From a virus (taxonomy: Duplodnaviria; Caudoviricetes), in IMG/VR virus record IMGVR_UViG_3300049928_000004, positions 7,045 through 71,044 of that record: 64,000 bases of DNA. One strand, given 5' to 3'. This document shows positions 17,161-26,327 of the stretch, piece after piece. The notes under the pieces are model-generated. The model was not told the DNA's origin. It saw nothing but the letters and a program-made list of their open reading frames with translations, and did not search any database. The number at the start of each line of letters is the position of its first letter. The stretch's first letter is position 1. The translations under genes were made by a program, and so were the position numbers.

Positions 17161-18830
17161 CAGCTCAGCCCCGCGTTCGCTTGAGCCGCCATGGAGAAGT
17201 TGCGCAGCTCGCGCACCGTGTCACGCGCGACGCCCTTGGAGTCGGTCGCGTTGCTGTGGACGTGGATGTCACCCGTCGTGACTTGCGTCCCGCCGCCGCC
17301 AGCGCGCGACATGGACAGTGCCATGCCCGCATTGATCTGGTCGACGTTGATTCGACCAGCGCCGACTTCACGGTTGGTGATCGCACCGATCATCCCGCGC
17401 AGGGTGTTCGCGTCGTTCAGGTTGAGGTGGGCATCCGCGCCGACGCCGAGTTGCTTGGCGACCTCGGCGATGTAGGAGCCGGTGTCGTTCTCGCCTGGGG
17501 GGGCGTACGTGCCGATGATGCCGCGGACGGTGTTGTTGCCGCGCGAGGCATACAGGCGAAGCTGGTCATCCAGCGCCGCGATGCCCTCCGCCATGGAGCC
17601 GAAGGCGGCGAATCGACCCGAGCGCGATGCGCCAGCCTGGCCGGCGAAGTTCAGATTCCCGGGGTTGTTGTTGCGGATCCCGAGTGGGCCGGCGCCGCCC
17701 GTGTTGCCGAGCCCGCGCTGCGTACCGGGGACGTAGCCGCCGCTCATGTCGGGGCCGCGGCCGTTGATGCGATCCCACAAAGCCGTGCCAGAACTCGTGC
17801 CGATGCCGGTGTAGTGCTCGAGCGCGGTGCCGACAAGGTAGCCGCCCGACAGCGCTGCGCCGAGCAGGCCAAGCCATCCCAGAAGCGCGCCGACCGCGCC
17901 ACCCATCGAGGCGATGCCGCCGGTGAACTGCGCCGCGAAGGACGCGATGCTGTAGCCCTTGAGCAGCAGAATCGCCGAGCCGAGCGCTCCAAGCAGGCCG
18001 ATGGACACCGGGACGTGATCCTCCATCCAGAGGAACATCGTCTTCAGGCCGCCGAGCACGCCGGTCAGGAGCGGCGTCAGTTCGTTCGTCACCTTGCGGC
18101 CGAAGCCAGTCAAGGTTTCGGTCAGACCGCCCCAGGCCGTAGACCGCTCGACGGCGAGCCGGCGATCCTCTTCCGAGACGACGTTCATTTTCTTCTGCGT
18201 TTCGAGCATCTGCTCGAGCGCGCGGTCGGTCTGGACGAGGATGTTCAAGCCCTCCTCGCTGAAGCCAGCCATCTGACCGAGGCGCTGGGCATCCGGGCCG
18301 GAGAGCTTGCGCATCGCGTCGCGCATCATCAGCAGGCGATCGGTATAGCTCGTCGACTTGTCCATGAACTTGGACAGGTCGAGGCCGGCTCGCACGAGAG
18401 GGCTGAACTCGCCCGAGCCGCCGTTGAGCTTGAAATCCTCCATCAGCTTGTTGACGCCGCGGAACAGACTGTCAGCATCGCTACCCTGCCCGCCGAGCCG
18501 GCGCGCGACGCCCTCCCAGGCGGAGAGTTCTTCGGAGGCGACGCCCAGGTTCTTCGCGAGCCGGCCAACGGCCACGTCATTCGCGGTGATGTAGGCAAGG
18601 AATTCCTTGCCAGCGACCGCGCCGACGATCGCAGCCGTCACCTCGAGGATGCCGTCGCGGATCTTCTTGTAGGACTCGGCGGTGCGCTTGGCGGCCTGGT
18701 CGAGTTCCTTCTGCTGCTTCTCGGCTTCCTTGCCGGTCTTCTGCAGCGAGTCCTGGGCTTGCTTTTGGCCCTTGACGAGGCCAGACACGTCCATGCCTAG
18801 AAGAATGACGAGCGAGTCGATGACGTTCAT
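17160..18830 (-). CDS. Tape measure protein with C-terminal cell-wall hydrolase-like domain
   Basis: Helical N-terminus; GIRNNNPGNL...YAPPGENDT lysozyme-like motif. Confidence 0.8.
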   Translation of the reverse strand: MNVIDSLVILLGMDVSGLVKGQKQAQDSLQKTGKEAEKQQKELDQAAKRTAESYKKIRDGILEVTAAIVGAVAGKEFLAYITANDVAVGRLAKNLGVASEELSAWEGVARRLGGQGSDADSLFRGVNKLMEDFKLNGGSGEFSPLVRAGLDLSKFMDKSTSYTDRLLMMRDAMRKLSGPDAQRLGQMAGFSEEGLNILVQTDRALEQMLETQKKMNVVSEEDRRLAVERSTAWGGLTETLTGFGRKVTNELTPLLTGVLGGLKTMFLWMEDHVPVSIGLLGALGSAILLLKGYSIASFAAQFTGGIASMGGAVGALLGWLGLLGAALSGGYLVGTALEHYTGIGTSSGTALWDRINGRGPDMSGGYVPGTQRGLGNTGGAGPLGIRNNNPGNLNFAGQAGASRSGRFAAFGSMAEGIAALDDQLRLYASRGNNTVRGIIGTYAPPGENDTGSYIAEVAKQLGVGADAHLNLNDANTLRGMIGAITNREVGAGRINVDQINAGMALSMSRAGGGGTQVTTGDIHVHSNATDSKGVARDTVRELRNFSMAAQANAGLS

Positions 18831-18832
18831 GC

Positions 18833-19072
18833 TCAGTCCTCTTGGTGCTTGGCCTGCAGGCGCTCGTTATGGTTTTGGACGCTCAGCACTTCCAGGAAGT
18901 TGAAGAGGTCTTCCGTCCCGTAGACGGTCTGCAGTTCATGCAGTGTGGCGAGCCGCATGGGGCTCGCGATGACGGCCGAGATCGTCAGGGGGACGTTCAC
19001 GCACTGGGCGTAACGGAGGCCGCCGACGCCGTCGAGTCCGAAGTCGTCGATTTCAAGCGGGCGGCGCGTGCG
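18833..19072 (-). CDS. Tail chaperone -1 frameshift extension (gpGT-like)
   Basis: The -1 frame is open from the T TTT TTC slippery site to the stop just before the tape measure; ends ATLHELQTVYGTEDL. Confidence 0.6.
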   Translation of the reverse strand, partial: RTRRPLEIDDFGLDGVGGLRYAQCVNVPLTISAVIASPMRLATLHELQTVYGTEDLFNFLEVLSVQNHNERLQAKHQED

Positions 19073-19443
19073 AAAAAACCGGTGTGCACCTCGAAGACTT
19101 CCTTGCGCAGTTGCAGGCGCGTGGCGACCTCTTCGATGTCCTCTTCCATCGGCCGGCGGACGGCACCCGAGCTCGTGATGACCTGCACGCAGCCCATCAT
19201 CTCGTCGAGCAGCGGCTTCGCGGTCGCGACGTCCATGCCGGCCAGTGCTTTGAAGCCCAGGATCGCGATGCCGGCGATCGATGCTGGCACGCCATCCGGG
19301 ATCTCCATGCCGCCCTTGGCGATCGCCATGAACGCGCGGATGGCCCAATCTTCGGCGGCGCTGGCGCTCAACTCCGTGATTCGGAACTGTCGGCCTTGGT
19401 CGCGGCCCTCGGCCGTGATGGTGATGTCGGCAGTCTTGCGCAT
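18997..19443 (-). CDS. Tail assembly chaperone (gpG-like)
   Basis: Between tube and tape measure genes; slippery heptamer near the 3' end. Confidence 0.75.
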   Translation of the reverse strand: MRKTADITITAEGRDQGRQFRITELSASAAEDWAIRAFMAIAKGGMEIPDGVPASIAGIAILGFKALAGMDVATAKPLLDEMMGCVQVITSSGAVRRPMEEDIEEVATRLQLRKEVFEVHTGFFARAARLKSTTSDSTASAASVTPSA

Positions 19444-19874
19444 TACAGCGGCGACGCGACGACGCGTTCCCAGGTGATCGTGAACTTACGGCCCTGGAGG
19501 GTCTTCTTCGCGTCGGGCATCTGGTTGAACGTCTTGAGCGCGCCGTTCGTCATCGTCCAGACCTTACCGAGAGCCGGCAGCGTGATCTGGCCGTCAGCGC
19601 GGAAGACGTCGATCGCCTGTTCTTCGGCGTTGACCCAGTCGTCCAGCAGTTGGCATGACGGGCTGTTGGCTTGGAGGGCGAAGGTCTGGTCGCGGGAGGT
19701 GAAGACGAAGCCGGCGGACTGCTTGCCGTCGGCGCCCATCACGGTCTCGGTGTGCGTGACCTGCGCCATGTCGAAGATGTCTTCGGCCATGAATTGCTGG
19801 AGTTGCACCGGGGTGTCGTAGAGGCCCGCGACGGTCAGCGTGACGATCGCGTTGGCGGAGGTGAGAGTGGTCAT
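19443..19874 (-). CDS. Tail tube protein
   Basis: 143 aa directly after the sheath; MGADGKQSAGFV motif. Confidence 0.8.
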   Translation of the reverse strand: MTTLTSANAIVTLTVAGLYDTPVQLQQFMAEDIFDMAQVTHTETVMGADGKQSAGFVFTSRDQTFALQANSPSCQLLDDWVNAEEQAIDVFRADGQITLPALGKVWTMTNGALKTFNQMPDAKKTLQGRKFTITWERVVASPL

Positions 19875-19899
19875 GCTTGTTTGCTCCTAGGCGTGCGGG

Positions 19900-21405
19900 T
19901 CACTGCACATCGACACTTGCGAGGTTGATCTGGTTCACGGAGCCGCCGTCGGTGTACCAGAGCGTGCAGCGCGGCGACTTGCGCAGCGCGCGGTTTTGTG
20001 GCGTGGCGTCGAGGATCTGCAGGTACCAACCCTGAGCCGACAGCGTCGTGTCGATCTTGGTGCCAGCGGCGTTGTTCACCTCGGCGATCTGTAGAGCCGA
20101 CAGCGTCACGCCGGGCTGGATCGCGCCGAAGTTGACGCCGGCATTGATCGGGTCCATGAAGGCGGCGCGGATCAGCGCGCGGCCCGGGGCGTTGTAGGGG
20201 ATGCTCTTGAGCGCGACCAGCAGTTCCATGCCAGCCAGTTGCAGAGCCGCGTTCAGCCAGATCTGGTTGACGTACGAGTCCAGCCACAGCCACTGGCCCG
20301 GAACGCTGCCCGGGGTCATGAACGTGAAGCCCTGGTTGCGCGTGGCGACCGCGCAATACGCGTTGTAGCCATTCGCCTCGAGGTTGGTCAGCGTCGTGAG
20401 GTCGGTCACGTCCGGCGTCAGGCCGGCCTGCGAGCGGAAGTCGAAGTTCGTCCGGCCGTTCGTCTCGCTGAAGTCCACCGCGGCGATCGCGCCGGACTGG
20501 TAGGCCGCCTTGTCGTAGCTCGGCGCGTAGATCAGGAACGTGCCGTCGATGTTGGCCTGCTTGAGCAAGTAGCCCAGGCTGGTCGTCGCCGGCGAGGTGG
20601 TCGTCGGGCTCGTATCCGTGTCCCATGCGACGTAGACGTACTGGTCGACCTGCGCGTTGTTCCACTGCGCGAACAGGAGCTTCTGCGCGTTGCCCGATCC
20701 GTTGTCCGGGTCGAACGTGGTGAAGAACGAGGCCCAGTCCTGGGTCACGCCGGTGATCGCCGTCATGAACGTACCGGGTACCGCAGCGATCGCCCCCTGC
20801 GAGAGCACGGCGCCATCGACCAGGCGCAGGTTCAGCGGGTCGGCAAGCGTTCCCGTGCAGAACGTGATCGTCGAGGCCGCGCCGGTCGTGGAGCTCGTGA
20901 ACACGAAAGCGCCAGAGACGCTGTCGAACGAGACCGCGAAGTTCGGCGACGTGAAGGCCGCCTGGATCAGGGTGGCCGCGTTGCTGAAACTCGTCGCGCC
21001 GGACAGGGTGATCGTGCCGGACGTCTTGGCGACGCCGTCGGTGGTGATCGTCAGCGTGCCAGGGGTCAGCGCCTGCAACTGCGCCAGCGTCAGGGACGAA
21101 ACCGAGGCGCCGCGCAGGAAGGCCGCAACCGGGGCGGTGTTGTACTGGGCGACCAGCAGCGCGCCGGGCTTGACGTTGGAGTTGTCGAAGCCGGCGAAGT
21201 AGATGGCCGCTGCCTGCGCTTCCGTGCTGCCGGCGCCGTAGTAGGTCGCCACCGCGGACGCGGACGCGAACGACAGAACGGAGCCGATAGGCGTTCGAGT
21301 GCCGCTCGTGAGCATGAGGCCGTTGAGATCGAGGGCCGAACCGCCGGCGCTGATGACGCCCGGCACGATCGACACGAAATAGCTGGCGGGGATGGACTTC
21401 GTCAT
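19900..21405 (-). CDS. Tail sheath protein (DUF3383)
   Basis: IPAS..VSIVPGVI start, WLDSYVNQIWLN, WYTDGGSV end. Confidence 0.9.
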   Translation of the reverse strand: MTKSIPASYFVSIVPGVISAGGSALDLNGLMLTSGTRTPIGSVLSFASASAVATYYGAGSTEAQAAAIYFAGFDNSNVKPGALLVAQYNTAPVAAFLRGASVSSLTLAQLQALTPGTLTITTDGVAKTSGTITLSGATSFSNAATLIQAAFTSPNFAVSFDSVSGAFVFTSSTTGAASTITFCTGTLADPLNLRLVDGAVLSQGAIAAVPGTFMTAITGVTQDWASFFTTFDPDNGSGNAQKLLFAQWNNAQVDQYVYVAWDTDTSPTTTSPATTSLGYLLKQANIDGTFLIYAPSYDKAAYQSGAIAAVDFSETNGRTNFDFRSQAGLTPDVTDLTTLTNLEANGYNAYCAVATRNQGFTFMTPGSVPGQWLWLDSYVNQIWLNAALQLAGMELLVALKSIPYNAPGRALIRAAFMDPINAGVNFGAIQPGVTLSALQIAEVNNAAGTKIDTTLSAQGWYLQILDATPQNRALRKSPRCTLWYTDGGSVNQINLASVDVQ

Positions 21406-21458
21406 GGACGCTCCGGGGTCTGAGTTGTTGCGGGCGTGCCGCGGCGAACGGGGAATGA

Positions 21459-21486
21459 AGAAAGCCGCCTCATGGGCGGCCTTTGC
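21459..21486 (-). terminator. Intrinsic terminator upstream of the sheath gene
   Basis: AAAGCCGCC-TCATG-GGCGGCCTTT. Confidence 0.5.
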
Positions 21487-21549
21487 GGTGTGATTGCTGG
21501 GGCTGTCTTGCGAGCCCCAGACTCAAGCCGGACTGCTCCGGGAACTCGG

Positions 21550-22101
21550 TCAGGTCGGCGGGTAGGCCACGTCGACTGAGATCACGCCGACAGCGAGTTG
21601 GTCGGCGAAGTCTTGCGTGACTGTGACGATCGGATTGCATTGGCAAACCACGTCTGTGGTCCACCGCTGCTGCACTTGGCTGCTCTCGTCCAAAAACTTC
21701 ATCTGCCGCGGCTCGCTCGTGTAGAGCGGAGTCACGTCGAAGCCCGAGGTCGCGAACTGGTCCACGCCCCAATCGGAGCGGAACAGCGTCTGGATCACAT
21801 GGGCGTTGTCTGCCGAGAGCGGGCCGAAGGTGTCGACCTGAATCGTCACTTGCGTGGCCTGCGTGTCGGCGCGCGTCTGCGGCCCCGACGTCAGGAAGCC
21901 GTCCGCGTAGGTCGTCAGGTTGGTGGCGAGCCGCGTTCGCAGGATCGGCGTCATCACGGCGTAGTTCGTGGCCTGGGGCGAGGCGACGCGGTTGTCCTGG
22001 CCGGCGACGACCGCGGTGCCGGTGGGCAGCACGGCCACGAGGAACTGGCCGAGCGCCTGGAGGGTCTGGCTCTCGGTGAGGGTGAGGGTCGGCTGCGTCA
22101 C
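21550..22101 (-). CDS. Tail terminator/neck protein
   Basis: Position; TIQVDTFGP motif. Confidence 0.7.
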   Translation of the reverse strand: MTQPTLTLTESQTLQALGQFLVAVLPTGTAVVAGQDNRVASPQATNYAVMTPILRTRLATNLTTYADGFLTSGPQTRADTQATQVTIQVDTFGPLSADNAHVIQTLFRSDWGVDQFATSGFDVTPLYTSEPRQMKFLDESSQVQQRWTTDVVCQCNPIVTVTQDFADQLAVGVISVDVAYPPT

Positions 22102-22475
22102 GAAACTTGCCTCACGATGACCGCGCGCGTCCAGCCCACCATGCGCGCCCAGTCTTCATCGACGAGGACGACCAACCAGACAGATGCGTCCGACAGCGTC
22201 ACGAGGTCGCCGCCGGTGTTGCCTGGCCGACTCACGCCAGCGAGATTTCCGTTGACGTACAGCGCGAGTTTCTCGCCTTGCAGGTTGAGTCCATCGACCT
22301 GTGCGAGCTCGGCGGAGGTCAGCGCCTGCACCTGACCGAGCATCGTGGTGGTCGAAAAGGTCGGCACGCGCGTGAAGTCGGGGTTCTGGGTGTAGCCAGT
22401 CGAGCGGCGAACCGTGATCGTCTGCATCGGGTTGACGCGGGCGATGATGCCGCTCACGCGTTGGTGCAGGTTCAC
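22098..22475 (-). CDS. Head closure protein
   Basis: Position; MNLH..VSGII..VNP start. Confidence 0.7.
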   Translation of the reverse strand: MNLHQRVSGIIARVNPMQTITVRRSTGYTQNPDFTRVPTFSTTTMLGQVQALTSAELAQVDGLNLQGEKLALYVNGNLAGVSRPGNTGGDLVTLSDASVWLVVLVDEDWARMVGWTRAVIVRQVS

Positions 22476-23032
22476 GATGCGTCGCCGACCTGGTGTTGGA
22501 CGCTCGCGGCGAGGTACCCGGTGTCGTCAAGTGGGGCCGTGCGGGTCGATCCCTGCTCGCCGGAAGCCACGCGCCTAGCTGCCTCTCCGACAGTCGCACC
22601 GGTGATGCGAAAGGCAGTCGCATTGCCCTGATGCTCGTCGCGCATTTTTCGGAGCATCAGGGTGATGGGGGACAGTTGCTTGAAGTCGCCGCCCACGATC
22701 GTCTTGACGATGTCTCCGGCCGCCGCCCTGCCGACATGATCGAGCACATCGTAGGCCGTCATACGACCCTTGATCACCGCGCGCATGCCGTTGGTGATGT
22801 CGGCCGCCCATTCGCCCTTCTTGTCTTCCACCGTTGGGCGCATGAAGGGCCGCGGCGGGATCCCGTTTTCAGGGCTTCCGAATTCTTGAATAGCGGCCAC
22901 GTAGCCGACTGGCGGCCCACCATCGGGATAGGCCTGATCCGCGAAGAACCCGACCTTCGCCTCTTGGTTCGCGAAACCCTCACCGATGGCGTCGATCTTA
23001 GCCATCACGCGGGACAGGTCGAGCGCAGCCAT
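22472..23032 (-). CDS. Neck/tail completion protein (HK97 gp10-like)
   Basis: AAIQEFG..IPPRPFMRPT and PLDDTGYL motifs; ATG 23032 coupled to the upstream TGA. Confidence 0.75.
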   Translation of the reverse strand: MAALDLSRVMAKIDAIGEGFANQEAKVGFFADQAYPDGGPPVGYVAAIQEFGSPENGIPPRPFMRPTVEDKKGEWAADITNGMRAVIKGRMTAYDVLDHVGRAAAGDIVKTIVGGDFKQLSPITLMLRKMRDEHQGNATAFRITGATVGEAARRVASGEQGSTRTAPLDDTGYLAASVQHQVGDAS

Positions 23033-23478
23033 CAGAAGCAGCGGCCGGGGAAGATGCCGCCAGCCTGCCGGAACGACGCGCGCTCGAGCGAGCCGCCAAC
23101 CATGATTCCGCCAGCGGTCTTGACGCTCAGCAGCGCCAGCAGTTGCAGGCCGTAGGGCGTGGCCGCGAGCCAGTATGCCCACATGGACGTGGCCGGCGCC
23201 GGCACGAGGCCCAGGCTCACGCTGCCCTCGGTGGCGTTCGATACTGGCCCGATGACTGCGCCCGGATCGGCCGCGAGCATGGACGCGATCTGCGTCAGAT
23301 GGCCCGTCATCAGGTTCAGGGCGTATTGCAGCGACGTTCCATTCAGAAGGCACCCGTCGTAGGGCGTCATGATGAACGTGGCATTCGTGAACGTGAGGCC
23401 CAGCGCCGTCGGATCCGTCGCGGCCAGGGCCGGGCATGCCGCCTGGAACGATGTCAGATCGAAGACGTGCAGAGCCAT
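23032..23478 (-). CDS. Head-tail adaptor (DUF4054)
   Basis: ATEGSVS and WLAATPYG motifs. Confidence 0.8.
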   Translation of the reverse strand: MALHVFDLTSFQAACPALAATDPTALGLTFTNATFIMTPYDGCLLNGTSLQYALNLMTGHLTQIASMLAADPGAVIGPVSNATEGSVSLGLVPAPATSMWAYWLAATPYGLQLLALLSVKTAGGIMVGGSLERASFRQAGGIFPGRCF

Positions 23479-23487
23479 GGTGGTCGC

Positions 23488-23898
23488 TTAGATGCCAGGG
23501 CGCGCGGTGGACTTGGGCACGTCGGTGGAGACCGTGATGCCCAGTTCAGCGGGGAAACTCGCCTCAGTCAGAGGGGCGGACTTGTCGGCGCGGTTCATGT
23601 CGGCGACGACCTTTTCGACATCAGCCGACTTCTTCTGCACCTTGATGAAGCCGTTCTTCTTGTGCAGTTGGAAGACTTGGTTGCGCTCCAGCAGCCCCAT
23701 GTCTTCGTCGGAAACTTCGGTCATGCGGCCCAGCGGCGTCCAGATGTCGGAGCCCTTCTTGGCCTTCTGGGCGACGCCCGCGCCACCTTGGACGAAGATG
23801 GACTTGCCTTCGATCTTCGTGACGCCATCGGGCCCCTCCAACCAATCGGTGTAGGACATGTCGGTTGCCAGGGTCGAGAACACGTAGGAGTTGGACAT
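23488..23898 (-). CDS. Hypothetical virion-associated protein
   Basis: GAGAG RBS, ATG at 23898; position after the capsid gene. Confidence 0.65.
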   Translation of the reverse strand: MSNSYVFSTLATDMSYTDWLEGPDGVTKIEGKSIFVQGGAGVAQKAKKGSDIWTPLGRMTEVSDEDMGLLERNQVFQLHKKNGFIKVQKKSADVEKVVADMNRADKSAPLTEASFPAELGITVSTDVPKSTARPGI

Positions 23899-23977
23899 CG
23901 TTTCTTCTCTCTCATTGAAAAAGGCCCCGCCTTGCGGAGCCCTTGCGCGCCCCTTTTTATCGAGGCAGAATGTGTGC

Positions 23978-24109
23978 ATGATCCGCACACACATATTTCT
24001 TCCGGAACCTCTCCTCAACGCGCTCAAGGCGCTGTCTGAGAAGCAGGATGTTTCAGTCGCGGCGCTCATTCGGCGCGCAATCGAGGACTACCTGAAGAGG
24101 CAGAAGTGA
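23978..24109 (+). CDS. Ribbon-helix-helix (CopG-like) protein
   Basis: MIRTHIFLPEPLLNALKALSEKQDVSVAALIRRAIEDYL; TTGCGC-17-CAGAAT just upstream. Confidence 0.75.
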   Translation: MIRTHIFLPEPLLNALKALSEKQDVSVAALIRRAIEDYLKRQK

Positions 24110-24687
24110 TTGGCGAGAAGGCGTGCACGAAGTGTGGCGTCGTGAAGCCGCTGGACGCGTTCTATCTGGCCCGGCGAAACAAGGCGCACGGACGAATGGG
24201 GCGGTGCATCGAATGCGGGAAGTTGTATGCCCGCGAGAACGCAGACCTTGTGCGAACACTCGCCGCCAGGACGTACCAACGAAATCCAGCGGGAATTCAG
24301 GCGCGCGCTGTTGCCTGGAACGCCGAGAACACTGATCGCCGAAAGGAGATTCGGGCCAAATGGACAGCCGCGAATAACGAGCTCATGAAGGAGATTCGTC
24401 GCGCGTGGGTGCTCGCGAATCCCGACAAGGTACTAGCTGCCACGCGCAGGCGGCAACTAGCCAGAACCGGTGCGGTGCCAAGCTGGGCCAACCGCAAAGA
24501 GATGCGCCTCTTCTACGCCGAGGCCCGGAGGCTGACGAAAGAGACCGGGGTCATGCATAGCGTAGACCACATCGTCCCGGTCGTGTCCGAGTTGGTATGT
24601 GGCCTACACTGCGAGGCGAATTTGCAGGTCATGTCGCACTCCGCCAACGCTTCCAAGGGGAACCGCTGGTGGCCCGACATGCCCTGA
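24106..24687 (+). CDS. HNH endonuclease with N-terminal zinc finger
   Basis: CTKC...CIEC; VDHIVP...CGLHCEANLQ...NASKGN. Confidence 0.85.
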   Translation: MIGEKACTKCGVVKPLDAFYLARRNKAHGRMGRCIECGKLYARENADLVRTLAARTYQRNPAGIQARAVAWNAENTDRRKEIRAKWTAANNELMKEIRRAWVLANPDKVLAATRRRQLARTGAVPSWANRKEMRLFYAEARRLTKETGVMHSVDHIVPVVSELVCGLHCEANLQVMSHSANASKGNRWWPDMP

Positions 24688-24691
24688 TTTT

Positions 24692-25807
24692 TTATACCCC
24701 GCTCGCCCTGACCACCGCAAAGGGGCGCTTTAGCAAGCAGCCCGCCGACGCGAGGCTGAAGTCCTCGATGAAACTCTTCGGCAGCGTCTGCACGCCCAGC
24801 GCCATGAACTTGGCCGGGACGATCTGGTCGAACACGCGTCCGTTGTCCGTGGAGCCGTCTTCGACGGTCTCGGCGTACAGGTAGAACACGTTCGCGCCGC
24901 CGTTGGCCGCGTTCAACTGCGGCGCCGACTCGACGCGCATCAGCGGGTAGGTCTCGCGGATCCAGCCCAGGACGGACTGGTTTCCGTAGACCGCCGGGCG
25001 CGACAGGGAACTGTAGACAGTGGTCGCGACCGCCAGCGTGGTCAGCGTGGTGCCCGGGTTGATCAGGTCGCCCGATTGCGTCTGCAGCTTGCCGGCGGCT
25101 TGGCTGATGTCGGCCGTGATCTCGGTGAACGTCTTGCTTGCCCACGGCGTGGTCGTGCTCGCGCCGACAGCCACGGTGTAGTAGGCCGGCAGGTTCGGGT
25201 CGTTCAGGAAGCCGTACGTGCGGTTGTTGCCGCCGTTGTAGCCCGAGAAGCCGAGCGTGTTGCGCTGCACTTCGAGGGCCAGGCCCACGCTGTTGCGCTT
25301 CTCGCCTGCGGAGTCGACCATGTAGCGGCCGGCGCGCGCAGCTTCGAGCTTGAACACTTCGAAGCCCTTCTCGAAGCGAACGACGGTGCGACGCTCGGCG
25401 TTGACGTTCCACGACGCCATCGAGATGTTCGAGTAGTCGGCGTAGGGCGCGGCGTTGCCGACCGGCTCCAGGACGCGCTGCACGATTTCCTCGTCTTCCC
25501 ACGAGCCGACCGTAGTCATGCCGATGAGGGAGTCGATCTTGCGTGCTTGCGTCTGGACGCGGACGAAGCCCGGCAGCCAATTCTGCAGGAACTGCACCGG
25601 AACGCCGATGCCTGCGATCGTGGCGGACAGGCCTTGCTGATCGTCCATCGCGTAGGCTTGCGCCATCTGGGCGACTTGCGCGGCCGGGAGGTTGATGCCG
25701 ATGCGGGCGAGCGCCGAATAGGCCTCGACCTGATCCATCGTCATCTCCATCGGGCGCACGTTGCGCGGGCCGATGTGGCTGTGGACTTGGGAGTCTTGGG
25801 TCTTCAT
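24692..25807 (-). CDS. Major capsid protein (DUF2184-like)
   Basis: 371 aa; YGFLNDPNLP and KRPFAVVR motifs; position. Confidence 0.85.
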   Translation of the reverse strand: MKTQDSQVHSHIGPRNVRPMEMTMDQVEAYSALARIGINLPAAQVAQMAQAYAMDDQQGLSATIAGIGVPVQFLQNWLPGFVRVQTQARKIDSLIGMTTVGSWEDEEIVQRVLEPVGNAAPYADYSNISMASWNVNAERRTVVRFEKGFEVFKLEAARAGRYMVDSAGEKRNSVGLALEVQRNTLGFSGYNGGNNRTYGFLNDPNLPAYYTVAVGASTTTPWASKTFTEITADISQAAGKLQTQSGDLINPGTTLTTLAVATTVYSSLSRPAVYGNQSVLGWIRETYPLMRVESAPQLNAANGGANVFYLYAETVEDGSTDNGRVFDQIVPAKFMALGVQTLPKSFIEDFSLASAGCLLKRPFAVVRASGV

Positions 25808-25820
25808 GATTCGACCCTCC

Positions 25821-26324
25821 TTAGTTGGTCAGGCGAATGGCCACAAGGCCCGGCGCCGCAGTGAAGGAACGAACGATGGCGTTCGGGACGAAGGCATTGC
25901 CGGCGCCGGCTGCCGCGCCCGGGGCGACGGCACCGAGAGCGCCAGTCGCGGTGGCGTAGACCACCAGGTCGCCGATGTTCGCGGCGGTCGTCAGGGTGAC
26001 GACCATCGTGCCCATCTCGACAAAGTCGCCCTGCGCGTTGTCCGGAAGGACCAGCGTTGGAACGAGCGTGCCGGCCGTGGTGCCGAGGGACGCGTATTCC
26101 TTCGGGTTGGCGAGGATGCCGCCGAAGACGGTCGAGCCGTTGGTGATCGCGCCGCCGACGGTGCAGATGTCCGTCGTGTTCGAACGCGTGTAGGCGTAGC
26201 CGATCACGTTGGGCGTGCCCGACGAGTTCACGATCCGCGAGCTCGCGCGCGTCGGGCCGTCGTTGATGAGTTCGCCAATCACGCCGAAGGCGTAGTTGAC
26301 GTTCACGTTGGTTTGGAAAGACAT
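25821..26324 (-). CDS. Capsid decoration/cement protein
   Basis: Between protease and capsid genes; FGGILANPKEYA motif. Confidence 0.7.
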   Translation of the reverse strand: MSFQTNVNVNYAFGVIGELINDGPTRASSRIVNSSGTPNVIGYAYTRSNTTDICTVGGAITNGSTVFGGILANPKEYASLGTTAGTLVPTLVLPDNAQGDFVEMGTMVVTLTTAANIGDLVVYATATGALGAVAPGAAAGAGNAFVPNAIVRSFTAAPGLVAIRLTN

Positions 26325-26327
26325 GGT

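Noticed and set aside
17094-18800. Long opposite-strand ORFs (also 54689-56260, 58929-60338, 20239-21423, 25761-27035 and many others)
   Set aside because: Shadow ORFs of real genes in GC-rich DNA: Arg/Gly-rich translations, no motifs, no RBS.
23978-24687. IscB/TnpB (OMEGA) or IS element
   Set aside because: No RuvC motifs, PLMP N-terminus, transposase or terminal inverted repeats were seen.
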